Origin: Syncephalis fuscata S228
Lineage: Eukaryota > Fungi > Zoopagomycota
Assembly: GCA_025786725.1 (NCBI GenBank)
Contig: JAHLTZ010000053.1
Span: 43,383-107,382, forward strand
DNA length: 64,000 bases
Reading direction: 5' to 3'
Part shown: positions 12,699 through 26,124 of the stretch, piece by piece
Numbering within the stretch: position 1 is the first letter of the stretch
How the letters are laid out: every line of letters starts with the position of its first letter
Notes under the pieces: model-generated
Seen by the model: the letters and a program-made list of their open reading frames with translations, nothing else
The model's database searches: none
What the model was told of the DNA's origin: nothing
Translations under genes and position numbers: made by a program

Positions 12699-14413
12699 AT
12701 GATGCCCTACCGCCCACCACAACGCCAACAATCCCCTGCTCGTCAGCGTACTCCTCCGCTTCGTCAGCCATCGCCAACGCATCAGCGTAACTCGAGCTAT
12801 AGCCAGGCCACGAATAACTCGGATCCATACGGCTCACCATCCAATAGCCGAAACCAAACCAGGCTGGTCCAACGATGGTACCAGGCCATCCAGGTGGCCA
12901 ATTAACACAGGTAGCGGTGGTATTAAACAAATACCGCTTACCTGTTCTGGCCACACACGTCCGTTGTTCAGCTACAGTTTTCGCCAGTACTTGAAGATGG
13001 CAGCTATTTATTAATTAGCGCCTGTAAAGACGGCAATCCTATGCTGCGTATTGGTGCAACCGGCGATTGGATCGGAACATTCAAGGGCCATAAAGGTGCT
13101 GTGTGGTGTGCACGTCTTAATATGGATGCTTCACGTGCTGTTACCGCTTCAGCTGATTTCTCTGCTAAAGTATGGGATACATTCAGCGGTGAAGTACTGC
13201 ATACATTCCAACACAAGCATATAGTCCGTGCCGTCGACATTTCACCTGATGGCCGCTACGTTGTCAGCGGCGGTCACGAGAAAGTCGTGCGTATGTACGA
13301 TCTATCATCGCCTGATGCTGCACCTCGTTTGGCTATGGGCCACGAAGCAACCATTAAAGGCATTGTTTGGGATCAATGGCATGGCGTGTTGATCACGCAT
13401 GCCGAAGAACGTAGCGTTCGTATTTGGGATTTACGTACGCTGAAGCAGACCAACTTGCTTGAAACGCAAGAGCGCGTCACCTCGGTCGAATTATCGAGCG
13501 ATGGTGCAGTCATTAGCGCTACAGCCGGCAAGGCGGTCTATTTCTGGGATGCAGATACCTACGAATTGGTCAAAACGATCAATATGACCTTCGAGGCTAG
13601 CTGTGTTACTCTACATCCTACACGGGCCAGATTTGTTGTTGGTTCCAGCTCGGATCTATGGGTTCGTGTCTACGATTTGGCATCTGGCCAAGAGCTAGAA
13701 TTGTACAAAGGCCATCACGGACCAGTGCACACCGTCAGCTACAGTCCCGATGGTGAGGTGTATGCAACGGGTTCGGAAGATGGTACAATTCGTTTGTGGC
13801 AAACCATTCCTGGTACCGAGTATGGTCTATGGCAAGCTCAGTACACGGACGAAGAAGCTGCGCACTAGCTGCATTGGCTGCCGATGAAGAAGAAGCTATG
13901 TTGGCTGCCGCTATTGCCGCCGAATTAAATGGCGCGCAACAACATTCACCACCACAGCAACATCAAGCTTTGTCACAAGGCTATAGTCCACAACAACACA
14001 GCAGCAGCACAACAACACAGCAGCAGCAGCAGCAAGCGCAGCAGCTGTCACCACAACAGTTGCAACAGTTACAACAATTGCAACAGCAGGAGCAGCAATA
14101 TCAACAGCAGCTCCAGCAACAAATCCTCCAGCATTTGCAACAGCAACAACAGGGACTTGGCTCTGCTGGTCTAACAAGCAATTTCCCACCACAAATGCAA
14201 TATTCACCACAGCCACAGCAGCAGCAGCAACAGCTCGCCTCAATGATGGCATCTGTTCAACCACAAGGATCGCCACCTCTGCAACAACAAGGCATGCCAC
14301 GCACATCTGGTGCCTATGTCCCACCACATGCACAGCGTATAACAGGTCGACCTGGTAACCAAGCTGCCGCTGCTCCATACGGAGTTCCATCTGGTCTACT
14401 TGCTTTCCAATAA
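12699..14413 (+). CDS. STRAP: STRAP/UNRIP-like WD40 protein with polyQ C-terminal extension (apparent 1-nt frameshifts near 12850-12910, 12962, 13863)
   Basis: IPLTCSGHTRP.VQLQFS, LLISACKDGNPMLR.GATGDWIGTFKGHKGAVW, GHHGPVH.VSYSPDGEVYATGSEDGTIRLWQT are STRAP hallmarks. Confidence 0.88.
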
Positions 14414-15097
14414 AGCATTGATTAGACGGCTATTTAGATGGTGGATAATTATTAGCAATTTAAACAAAACGTGCTACATCTCAAGTAGTTGTACACGAGG
14501 CATTATTGCTACTATTATGCTGTGTAAGCATTTGCCTAGATTATTGTACCAGTTTAACTGGCACCATGTCCCCTCCACTCTGCTCGCTTTGCTTACATTG
14601 TCGGATCGCGACAATGTTTGATACCAACCATTGACCGATACCGTTTTAATTTGACGCCCATACAATCAATATCATTACTACATTTACTACTATGTTTATC
14701 CGCTTACATATGCACATTCATTACTGTTATTCTATCTCATGACGATGATCACGACGATGACGACGATGACGACTTGAATAATGGCCTGAATTCAACTCCA
14801 TTGTGCTCAGCTGCCCTTTGTATCTAAGCATTTACGTTTTACGAGAGCCTTTGAATAGAATTGTTCTTGTTGATTTAACTTTGTTGTCTACATTCATGTT
14901 TATTACTGTGTAAAGTGTACTAATTGTTTAAATGGTAAAATGGCACTAACCTATATATAAACTCTCTATTCTTCTACAATGCTATTATTATATACTTGCA
15001 TTACTGCATACCATTCTATCATATAATGATGTACAGTAGTATAATTGTGCAATAGAAGTGATATATACATATGCATACTGGATAATAAATCTATGCT

Positions 15098-15218
15098 GAT
15101 GAGTATTTTTATTCTTGATGTCATTCACCACCTATAATCATCTTCAATAGATTTGAATGTTATTAAGTGCTAGTCATTTTACATTCAAATCACACTAAAT
15201 GGTTAATAAATTGTTTAG
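15098..15218. repeat. Dispersed ~120-bp repeat, copy 1 (copy 2 at ~44598-44712)
   Basis: Shared core TAGTCATTTTACATTCAAATCACACTAAATGGT.AATAAATTGTT plus similar upstream sequence. Confidence 0.85.
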
Positions 15219-15346
15219 TTTTTACAAAAAGAAAATATTATCTTTATTTAATAATAATTCACAGATGACTACAATTTTCATTAATAAATAATTATAAAAC
15301 TTTATTTCCTAGTTTATACGATTCATATACTATACACTAAGCAATC

Positions 15347-16561
15347 ATGCTGCGTAATGCAATAACTAGGTCGTGTGCCTATTCGGCAAGACAAAGCACT
15401 GTATTTCAGACGAGTATTTTACCCGCCATCTTTACCGAGCAGCGACGTCATGCAGGACATAGTAAATGGGCTAAAATCAAACGCACTAAAGGTGCTGCTG
15501 ACATGAAGCGCGGCCTTGTCTTTTCTAAAATTAGTTTAGAGATCGTGTCGGCAATTCGGCGTAGGTATAGTACATAAGAAGTAGCTAGTGAGTGCTTATA
15601 CTCGGTAAATAGATCAAGGACCTGATTCCAGCTTGAATTTGCGCTTAGCGGCAGCACTTAATAAAGCACGCGCTCATTCTTTACCCAAAGAAAATATTGA
15701 TAAAGCCTTTAAGAAAGCAAGCTACTGCATAGACTGTATGACTACCAAACGGCTGACTAAAGCAAACTAGGCAACTAGCAAGGCACAGGGTGGCGCTGAT
15801 GTTGAAGATGTTGCCTATGAAGCATTTGGAACACATGGCGTGGCTCTTATTATGTTAGTAACTTGTAATGTGTTAATGTCAAATCTTTAATCATATATTT
15901 ATTAGTGAAGCAGTAACAGACAATCGTACCCGAACAATCATGAAAATACGCTCTACATTAACTAAATTCAAGCAAGTATTGCCATAGTACCTATCAAACT
16001 GATCTAATACAAATAGTTTAGCGGTCAATTAACACCCGTAGCTTATTTATTTGAACGAAAAGGTAGATACACAGAATGCTATTTATTAACTACTAAACAT
16101 TGCTATTGTGTTAGGTGTTGTACAGTTTAGTCCTGCTTCATCTTCGGTAGACGCTCATGTGGCAGAAAATGACGAGTCCAACGGACTTGACGATTCAGAA
16201 TTAGATCAAGCGATGGAAGCAGCCATTGAAGCAGGGGCCGAAGATGTAGACGAGGTGTCACCCGGTCTACTAGAGGCAAGTAGCAGTCCAGGCTAAATGG
16301 ATCGATTATATCTAATCTGCTTGCTATTTAGGCGTTTGTGCTGTATCCGAACTACAAGCAGTATCGCGCGCTCTGGCCAACTTGCCTGCCTACCAAATAG
16401 AAGCTGTAGAGCTGCGCTATCAAGCTGAAACTCCAATCGATGAGCCGCAGGATCCAGAAGCGCGCGAAGCTCTAGGCAGAATGCTTGAAGATTTAGATTC
16501 GATTGAAGACGTTGTACGTCTCTATACCAATCTGCCAACCAACAGCTCGCTTCTGCCATGA
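15347..16561 (+). CDS. TACO1: TACO1/YebC-family mitochondrial translational activator (multi-exon, three GC-AG introns)
   Basis: Presequence then AGHSKWAKIKRTKGAAD, LPKENIDKA, YEAFGTHGVALI, TDNRTRT, YLFERKG, AIEAGAEDV, EDVVRLYTN. Confidence 0.9.
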
Positions 16562-17015
16562 TACCAAAGCAAGCTTGTAGTATCTGCATTTACAATAAAC
16601 ATTTACGCCCTTTAAGCACTACCATGGCATTAAATCCGATTGTTTTGTCCGCCATTCGATTACTATAACCATTTTCTTTAAAATGGCAGTATAGAAATGT
16701 AATTTTTGAGTAAAATGTTTGTATATGTTTTAATGTGTTTGCATGGTGTCGACAAAATAACCAACCCATGTTTATTTATCGACTTTTGTAGCTCAACAAC
16801 GGCGGCGGTCACATATGGAACAACACAGCGCTTTTTTACTTTTGGCCCTTTTCAGCGGCGGCCTGACCGACAAGTTGTCCCTTTTCTTTGCTTAGTTTCC
16901 TTACATCCAACGTCTTCATTGACGCGTGCTGTCTTAGATCTTATCATCATCTCTTTCCAACCAGATTACCACATCGGCACTTGCCAGAGTAGTGAGTCGC
17001 CAACCAGCCAGTAGC

Positions 17016-18512
17016 ATGAGCGACAGCGTATCCGAGGGGCCTACGCTAAGAACCTCGTCAGGTCTTAAGATCCGTATAAAGCTTTCGGGCTTGTCGCGGC
17101 CAGGTTCCACGGTGGGTTCGCCTGAGTCGTCGCCAGTAGCTACGTTGGCCGGTTCCTCTACGTCCGGCGAAAATGGCCACAATATCGATATGTTAACAGC
17201 ACTGCCATCACCAGCAGGCGCTGGTATATCAGGTGGATCAGATGATATGGCAGCTGGTGGGTTTAATGCTAGTGCACGAAAACGCCGAGCGCGTACTAGT
17301 GCCACTCCATCGGACAATTCGCCACAACAGCCACAGAAACGACGACGACGTACAAAGAAGCAAATAGAGGCAGATCAGGCAGCTGAATTAGAGTGCGTAA
17401 ATCGTAGTTGGGTATTGATTTAAGCTAACTGTACAAATTGTTAGATCTGGTACTACAACACCATTAAAAATGGAGGCTATCAGCGCTGGAGACAATTATC
17501 CCCGTACCATGGTTACATCTAATAGTAACAGTGGTAACGGTGCCAGTAATACTAACACTATTAGCGATTCACTAGGTGGGTATCGTTTGTTATTGTAGCT
17601 GTATTTATTTCGTTTTAAATACATAAGCTAATGGCAACTGAATAGCTCGTACGGAACGAACTACTATGGCCTCAGCTGTATCGGCTCAGTTAAAGCAAGC
17701 AACGGTTGTAAATCGCATTAGTTATACATCAGCCGAATACCGTGCAGCACGACCCCGTCATTGGACATGTCAGCCAGTTACAATACGCACACTTGGTGGT
17801 GGCAGTATTCAAATACAATCATGGCATTCACGTAAGTATTTATTTATACTAATGTCAAATATCTAATAATAGACATTTAGGTGACAAATTAGCTATGAAC
17901 CATGTTGTAAGACAGCCAACCACTAATGCAGCATCGTCATCAACGACATCAACAGCCGCAGCAACGACAATACTAGCTCATGGTGATTCAAGTGGACATT
18001 GGGGTGAGTAGCACTGATAATGTTATTCATAGATATTGGATACTAAGCTATTTATCAATTTAGATGACCTTAATATGATATCAGATAGTCAGGGTCGCCG
18101 ACCAGGATTATATCGTGAAGACTCTGGCTTACTTGATGTAACAAACAATCCTACACCTAGTGATGAAGAGATGGCTTTTAGTGGCAACGGGATTCCACAC
18201 GGTATGCCTATCGCTTCTAATGCAGGTCACAAAAAGGATAAGCCTTTTGCATGCAGCTATCCAGGTTGTACACGGGCATTTGGCGATCAACCTGGCCTGA
18301 CACGGCATATTACCGTATCTCATGGTGAACGGCCATATGTCTGTGAATATGAAGGATGCGACCGTCGATTCTACGATGCAGCTAAACTACGACGACATCA
18401 TGGTGCACATGCTCGATTGGAAATACAGCGAAAGGATAAACTACCTGCCACTCCAGAATCTATACACGGTAAACGACCAAATCAAAAACCAGCTATTGAA
18501 ACCAGTGGATAG
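17016..18512 (+). CDS. YY1/Iec1-like C2H2 zinc-finger protein with REPO-like motif
   Basis: RPRHWTCQPVTIRTLGGGSIQIQSW (REPO/Ies4-like); two C2H2 fingers KPFACSYPGC...H...H GERPYVCEYEGCDRRFYDAAKLRRHH...H. Confidence 0.7.
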
Positions 18513-18811
18513 TAATAGTAATAACATCAATAATATTAATAATGCATGGTTATTAGATCAACAAAACTATTATTCATTTAAATGTCCTTTATGACTTTAT
18601 TCCATTGTTTTTTTTGCTTTCATTTGCTTTTGTGCGTGCCTGTGTGTCGTTAATTTTCCAATAATAATAACAATAAATAAATGTTAATAATATAATTAGT
18701 GATTACCATTATTGTTACCACCATTATTGTCGGATGATTGAATGACGTAGGACAGAAATCAACACTTGACAGTATCCAACTACTTATTCTATTCATCATC
18801 AGTAACTCATC

Positions 18812-21430
18812 ATGTCGTTTACCAAGCGTAAGTTTTATATATATACATAGTTTTATTTACTTGAATGACCATGATAATATACATATATATATATACATAT
18901 ATAAATATATAGAAAAAGTATTTTCCGCTTTGCCAGCTACCGAGCGAGGACGAGCTGTTTTACTAGGCGGTGACCCCAAGGAAGGCCGACGAGTAGTCTA
19001 TTGTAATGGCCGCACAATTATTCTACGGGACTTGGCGGTAAGACGAGTATAATAGCGCTGTATATATATACATATATATAGTATTCATTTACAAATGTCT
19101 AACCACTATAAACAATATAACCAACCAATATATAGGACCCGGTGCATCGGTGGAGTATGCTGGTCATTCTTTTACAACAACAACGGCTCGTATCTCTCCT
19201 ACCGGCTATTATGTAGCATCTTCAGGTATAATATTTATAATAGGCGTGGTTGCATCCATCTAATAAATACTAGATATACGAGGTACTGTTCGTATCTGGG
19301 ATGCTACACAACCAGAACAGATTTTAAAATCCGAATTCCATATTTTGGGCGGTAAAATTAATGATTTGTCCTGGGATGGCGATAGTCAGCGAATTATTGC
19401 TGTAGGCGAGGGTCGTGAACGGTAATTATTATATATATTATATTGTATTATACACTTTAATGAGTCATTTATTTAATGATCCTAGATTTGGACATGCATT
19501 TACATTTGATTCAGGCAATAGTGTTGGTGAAATTATCGGTCATAATAAACCGATTAATTCATGCCATATTCGATCAAATCGTCCTTATCGAGCAGTTACA
19601 GCTGGTGATGACAATATCGTCTGCTTCTTCCACGGACCACCATTCCGTTTCCAGTTCTCCATCAAGGATCATAGTCGATTTGTTAACTGTGTTCGATTCT
19701 CGCCTAATGGCGATCATTTTGCCAGTGTTAGCGCTGATACTAAGGTAGATCTATAGTGCGAAACAATCACAATGATACTAATAAGTATATTTAGATGTTT
19801 TTATATGACGGTAAATCGGGCGAGCGTGTTTCCGAAATGTCCAGCAGTACAAATGAAGGCGGCCACACTGGTGGTATTTACTCTCTAGCTTGGAGTCCAG
19901 ATAGCACTCAAATATTGACATCATCGGCTGATGGTAGCACTAAGATATGGGATGTTGCTACCGGCAAAGTTGCAACGTTAGTAGTTATTTATTAGATAGA
20001 TGATGTACCTCATGTTTGTTTATTGGTGAATAGAACCTTCAAGTTTGCCGAACAAGCCAATGTTGGACACCAACAAGTCGGCAATCTTTGGCAAGGAGAT
20101 CATTTGGTATCGTTATCATTGTCGGGTGATTTGAACTGTCTTGATCCACGTGCACCTGAAAAGCCATCACGTATCGTCAATGTAAATATTATAAACTGGC
20201 ATGACTAATATTAGATAGATGCTAAGCTTTACATATATGTATATATAGGGACATCAATGTGCTATTACAGGTTTGGCTGTTCAAGGAGAAAAGACCATGT
20301 GGTCGTCTAGTTATGACGGTAGAGTCTATATCCTTTATCTGTATACATTATAGCCATTTGTATGATGATTAGCATCTAACATAATAATAACCTTGACTTT
20401 TTGCTACGCCAGTGGGATGTATCGACGGGAGAGACATCGATTATTGCCAATGATAAACCTATATCGTCAACCATTGGATTGGTACGTGATCCAACAGTTG
20501 ATCGTATTTATACAACTGGATTAGATGAGCAGCTACGAGCAATTCCTAATGGTAGCCAGTCGTTTGCGTAAGTATTTGGCTGGTTATGATACATCAGAGT
20601 AGTAATACAGATAATATTAGAGAGAAGACTGTATCGGTGGGTGGTGCGCCCAAACAAATCTGCGTCAATGCCGGCGGTATAGTTGCTGTGACAACAATGC
20701 AAGGATCAGTAGTTGTATTACGTGGTGAGAATGAAGTTATTGATAAATTGGAGGATCCAAAAATTACAGCTGTTTCTGCGGCAATTACCTCTGATGGTGC
20801 ACGCTTGGCTGTTGGCAGTCAGGTAAATGCCTGATGATGTTGGAAGAGTACGCTGTATATTGATTATATTTCTATATAGGATAACCAAATTCAAGAATAT
20901 GCACTATCCAATAATAAAGTGCAATGGGATACACCTGTGGCAGTCTACAGCAATAGGCGTGCAGCAGCTACAGTTCTAGTCTATTCAACTGATGGAAAAT
21001 CACTTGTGGCCGGCGATAGCCAAGGAAAGCTTATTGTATATGATACACAAACCATGAAGTAAGTTCAGTATAATGATTAGCAATATTTTATTAATCAATC
21101 TTGTATATTTACTACCTAGGCTACATTGACACAATGGGCCTCGCATACTGCACGCATTACCAGCATTGCTTGGTCTCCTAGTGGCAAATATGTAGCTTCT
21201 GGTGCTCTCGATACCAATGTATACATATGGAGTGTGGATGCTCCTAGCAAACGTATAGCTATTCTAGGTAAGAGGGGGTCTAGTGTAGACACATAACAAT
21301 TATTCACTGAATACTATTAGGTGCCCATACGGATGAGGTGTCATCTGTGCAGTTCATTGACAATGATACACTGGCTACTGCTGGACGTGATGGCGCTATT
21401 AAGATTTGGCAGCTGAAGCATCACAATTAA
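18812..21430 (+). CDS. AIP1: Actin-interacting protein 1 / WDR1 (multi-exon, includes an AT-AC intron)
   Basis: [98 protein letters not shown]. Confidence 0.93.
20328..20407 (+). other. U12-type (minor spliceosome) AT-AC intron
   Basis: 5' ATATCCTTT, branch-site-like CCTTGAC at 20391-20397, 3' ...CTAC; removal restores the frame SSYDGRV-C-QWDV. Confidence 0.9.
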
Positions 21431-21696
21431 ACAAATGGCCTACCTTTCATAGGCTATAATCATTTGTTAATCAATAAATACGATTGAACAATAGTTATGT
21501 TAACATTCATCACAGTTAAAGATTACAGAGTACTAATTATAATATAATGATATAAATTGTTTGTTTTTTGTTTTAACACTATTACAAACAAGTTAACATT
21601 AACACATATTAACTAATAAATAATTAAATACATTACTAGTTTAATTGGCATAAATTGTATTTATTATATTCCAGTATGTGCAAGACAATATACAAC

Positions 21697-22380
21697 TTAT
21701 TTATTGCTTTGCATTTGTTGCTTAGAAATACTCTTAAGCTGTCTCACTTCTGACACGCTTATCGGATTCAATCTATTAAATTTAGACGAGAATTCAGGAT
21801 GTCGTAACGCGTATTGATGAACCAATATTCTAAAATTATAAACATCAATCTTCAAATGGGTAGGCCGATCTGGATAATACAACATGTTTTGCATTCTTTC
21901 ACGAATAAACGCACAATTACTGGCCATCACCTCAGGTTTATCGGAAAACCAAATGGGTGCCAGATTAGTATCGACATTATGGTCTATGCCTAAGATTACA
22001 CATCCAAGTATCCATAGATGGAATGGAGTTCTGGGCAGCTCAAAACTGCAAACAATACGTTCACGTAAACGCTTAATATCGCTTACTAGAGTTCTCTCGG
22101 GGACACTATCAAGATTAACAACGCGTTCAACTAGTCGTTTTTCACGGCGTGCTGTATTTCTTTTATCTCTATTGCGATAGAACCAGACTCTACTAAAGTG
22201 GCGTTGTCGTGTAACTGGATCGGCATCAATGAGTTGTCGGCGTTTACGCCCGCACTTTTGACGCATAAATGTGACTTGGTGCTTTTGTTTACAATGGGCA
22301 CGAAGCGAAGTTAAACATGCGTATTTTCGCTTACAAGCTAAACAAGTAAGAGCAGGTGGATTTTTCGGTAGTCGAGGCAT
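21697..22380 (-). CDS. Hypothetical protein with single N-terminal C2H2 zinc finger and basic region
   Basis: 227-aa intronless ORF, CLACKRKYACLTSLRAHCKQKH. Confidence 0.7.
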   Translation of the reverse strand: MPRLPKNPPALTCLACKRKYACLTSLRAHCKQKHQVTFMRQKCGRKRRQLIDADPVTRQRHFSRVWFYRNRDKRNTARREKRLVERVVNLDSVPERTLVSDIKRLRERIVCSFELPRTPFHLWILGCVILGIDHNVDTNLAPIWFSDKPEVMASNCAFIRERMQNMLYYPDRPTHLKIDVYNFRILVHQYALRHPEFSSKFNRLNPISVSEVRQLKSISKQQMQSNK

Positions 22381-22924
22381 AGTAATGAAAGCAAGAAAGG
22401 CTTTCGGTATGTATTATATAACAAAGCGCAGAGCAATGGAATCGAGTGCAGATCATTAAACGAATGCCAGTGCTAAATGCTATATACTCTATCGATGTCG
22501 TCTATTGAGACATTGGAAATTGCTATATTGGTATGTTTCAAGCAGGCGACTATTACGTCAATTTACATATTAATGATAGACTCGCGATAGCCGGTCTTGC
22601 TTACTACCATGGCAAGTCTGTGTGAAACTGCGCTGCTTGCATTTCTCAACAATTAATTAATTGAATCTGTACGACAACGCTGTTCCATATCCTAATTTAA
22701 CAGGTAAATAAATGATTGACTGTTATACAGCTATGACTTTATATTTTTATTCAGTACAAATATTAAATTGCCATCTAAAGTATTAAATTTACACACTATT
22801 TGGTTACTGATTATAATAATTCAAACTTCGACAAAGCGTATTAAATTATTTAAATTACTTGGATAGCTGGCATTTGCCGTTTAAAATCAATTTTCCATGT
22901 ATACATTTATTTATTTAAAATGAA

Positions 22925-24598
22925 CTATGTTATATATTTTTTTATTACATCAACTACATTATTATAGCACAAAAGTAAAATGATGCAGTCGTTGTTAAGT
23001 TTCTGATTACTATGCGTATCAATTATCATAAATTCTTTACCCAATTTAACGATAAGTGCATTTGCCGAACCGCCACAAAGTATTGGCGTGAAATAATCGG
23101 TAAATGTGTCTGGTATAGTTAGTTCACGAACACGTTCTGGATGTATTAAATCAACTATAGCAATACCATGCTTCAAAGTCGTATGTGCAATGCGTGAACC
23201 TATAATTCCGCCATTGTTCATAAAATTGTGCGTTAGACTTCGCCAGTTAAAACTAGTAAACCATCGATCCAAAACGTCCATCTCAATAGTGCGCAGTACC
23301 GCTCCGTCGTCTAAATTTAAAATTGTCCAAACTCGATTAGTTGTCAAAAGCAGCTGCTCCTGAGCAATTAATGGCACAATTCCTTTGCTTCTACCAATTG
23401 CGACCATAATGGTGTCATTTTAGCCGTCTTTGTAACCGAAGCACTGTCAGATAGATTCGACAAAATACCCAGTGTTATGGGGCTCATAGCGCCATCTTCA
23501 ATATTATTATCTTCTTCGTTAGTTTCTCTGGCGAACGTTGACAATACTTTTACATTAGCCACGCTTATAAGAGCACGATCATCATCCAAACGTCGTATTG
23601 GCGAAGAACCTTCGACTAATTTCGGCAAGCAACACTGACCAATTGCCAAACATCGAGCATCCATGGTCTGCAAATAGGCATGGAATAACCATACACTCCA
23701 GTTCAGTATTGGTTGTTGTTTACTGGCATCCATACTAATGTCCATATGGAATACAGTCGCGGTTAAGTCATCAGTCTTTTGAAAAAACGCAGCAACATTC
23801 TTGCCGTCGATACTGCCCGTACACCATCTTCGTGTGTGTAAGTTATACACTCGTGTCCAGACAGCTTGGCCAGAGTCGTTCATCTCCTGTATATCTGTCA
23901 GTAGTAGCCACTGGCCACACAAATCAAAAGACTTGCTCCAAGAGCCTGGTATACGGTACGGTGGAAGTCGATGCGCCTGGCCGACCGGCCACACTAATAT
24001 ATCGGCAGTGTAGTATTTGCCAGTTTGAAAACTACGACGTGTCGATCGAACAGATGCTACTATATAACTGCTGGATAATTGGATTTGCCATACTTCGGTG
24101 TCGGGGCTACGCCTAGACAATAAAGTCGTCGTAGATGCCATGTTGGTGGCTGCTTTCTGTTTGTCAGTGACTGGCACTGCTCAAAGTAGACGCAATCTTT
24201 TAAAGGCATGCGCTGTATCAAAAGTCGTTGTAATACTTGGTATTGTCGTGCTGGCGGATTAGAATGCGAGACAAGCCTATAGTCTTCATTTTTCTTGAAC
24301 CATCGCATTTCTGTGGCTGCTCGACAGCAATACGCCTGAAACCAGTCAAGTTCATAGGGGCCAAGCAACAATGTTTGCTATCTATCTTGGACGAAGTCCG
24401 ACGTATATACCAGCGTAGCCATGCCATTTCATGCGCAACTTGTTCCGGATAGTCGGCGTGAAAATGTAGCCACCAAATCCGCTGCTGAGCTCCCACTCGC
24501 CACCACAGCCAGCTACAAGTAGTAGCTAGCTTTAACAATGATATACTATCGGCAAATAGCGCAAGGCGTACAATAACAGTTTCTGGCATCTGTTGCAT
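22925..24598 (-). CDS. F-box-like lineage-specific protein split over 4 overlapping frames (indel errors or pseudogene)
   Basis: N-terminal MQQMPETVIVRLALFAD..SLLKLATTC..L...IWW F-box-like motif; consecutive minus ORFs overlap end to end without introns. Confidence 0.6.
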
Positions 24599-26124
24599 CG
24601 CGTATTAAAGACAAAGCGTAGCAAAAAAGTGGCACCAATTATTCTGATGGATGTATACTACTATAAATCTAAATTAAATGTATTCAATATCAAATTTGCT
24701 TTGAATAAACTAGAATATTTACTTATATATCCGCTGTGTTGCAGCAATAAACTAAGAGTAAACGTTTTAGTTTACAACGCTAATATGCATCAACACCTGG
24801 TGATGTGTGCCCCAAAAATATCATTTCCTGTTTAGGTACCCGTGTTTCGTTGATTCGTGCCATTGTCATTGTCTTGAAGTTTTTAGAGGGCAGTTGGTAT
24901 AATGAACACGCAGTATTCAGCTGTCGCCTATTCTAGCTGCTATACATGAGTATCCGTGTATGAGCATTTGTTTCTATTTAAATTTAGTTATACTACAATG
25001 GATAACATCTAATACATTTATTGTTTGAAACATTTTAATTATTATTAAATTTTAATTTATACAGCTATAGCATTTACATGTACATTTACCAATATCGCTT
25101 ATTAATATTTCAAAAACATAATTATATTGTTACAACACCATTAGTGTGATGTTGTAACGTTGATCAAACAAACAAGTAGGAGGAGGAAACATAAGAAATA
25201 GCTTAGTCAGATGTCTTAATACTAATTCAGTAAAATAGTCGCTGTTAGTATCAAATGGCTTTGACGTCTAAATATAGCTTAAATCAGCATATTTATAATA
25301 AAAGTTGCAACTATATAGATTCTGACAATAGACCAAAGAAATGAAATAAGAAAATTATTTTAATTATTAATGAACGATATTATTATGTTTTACAGTACTG
25401 TTGAAACTTTAATAAGAGCTACATAACATAAAATGTACGGTAAATACAATGTTAAGTACATTAAACGCAACAAAGCTTAAATAAAACCTCGATCGTCTAT
25501 GTAATAGTGAATTTTAACAGTGTTTTCATTATAGCGCTACAAACAGATTACAATACTAGTACTTATGCACCCACTCGACCATTAATTGAACGCCAATTCA
25601 TTTTATTTACTATAAAACCACCCACCCATCTTAAGCATTTGTATGCATAAGCATTGCATTACAGACTATCGCAAGCATTTATTCTTGTTAATACTATGAT
25701 AGCTTTTAAAATCATAAAAGTAACAGCGGTGTTTTATGTTGATAAAATATTCTAATACTAGAATAGCAATTCAATTAAGCCGCTATATAATACTATTAAA
25801 ATGTACTGTCAATCGTATGTTTTTATTCAACTAAAACCTACATTTGCTGCAGAATGTTTAAAACAATTACCCAAGGCTGTATAATGTAAGCGCCAAACTT
25901 TGAAGTAAAACTATATTCTTACATATTTACCAAGTTATATAATTAATTGTTGTTGTCGTCAAATTTGCTATATTCAAGTATGATAGCTTAATTTTAAAAT
26001 AATTTATTTTATACTAAATAAACAGCAATTACGTGTGAAATAGTGTTTATTTAGTTGGTTAATAAAATGATACTTTCATATACTAATTTATTCACTAATA
26101 ATATGGTGCTAATTAATATGCTAG

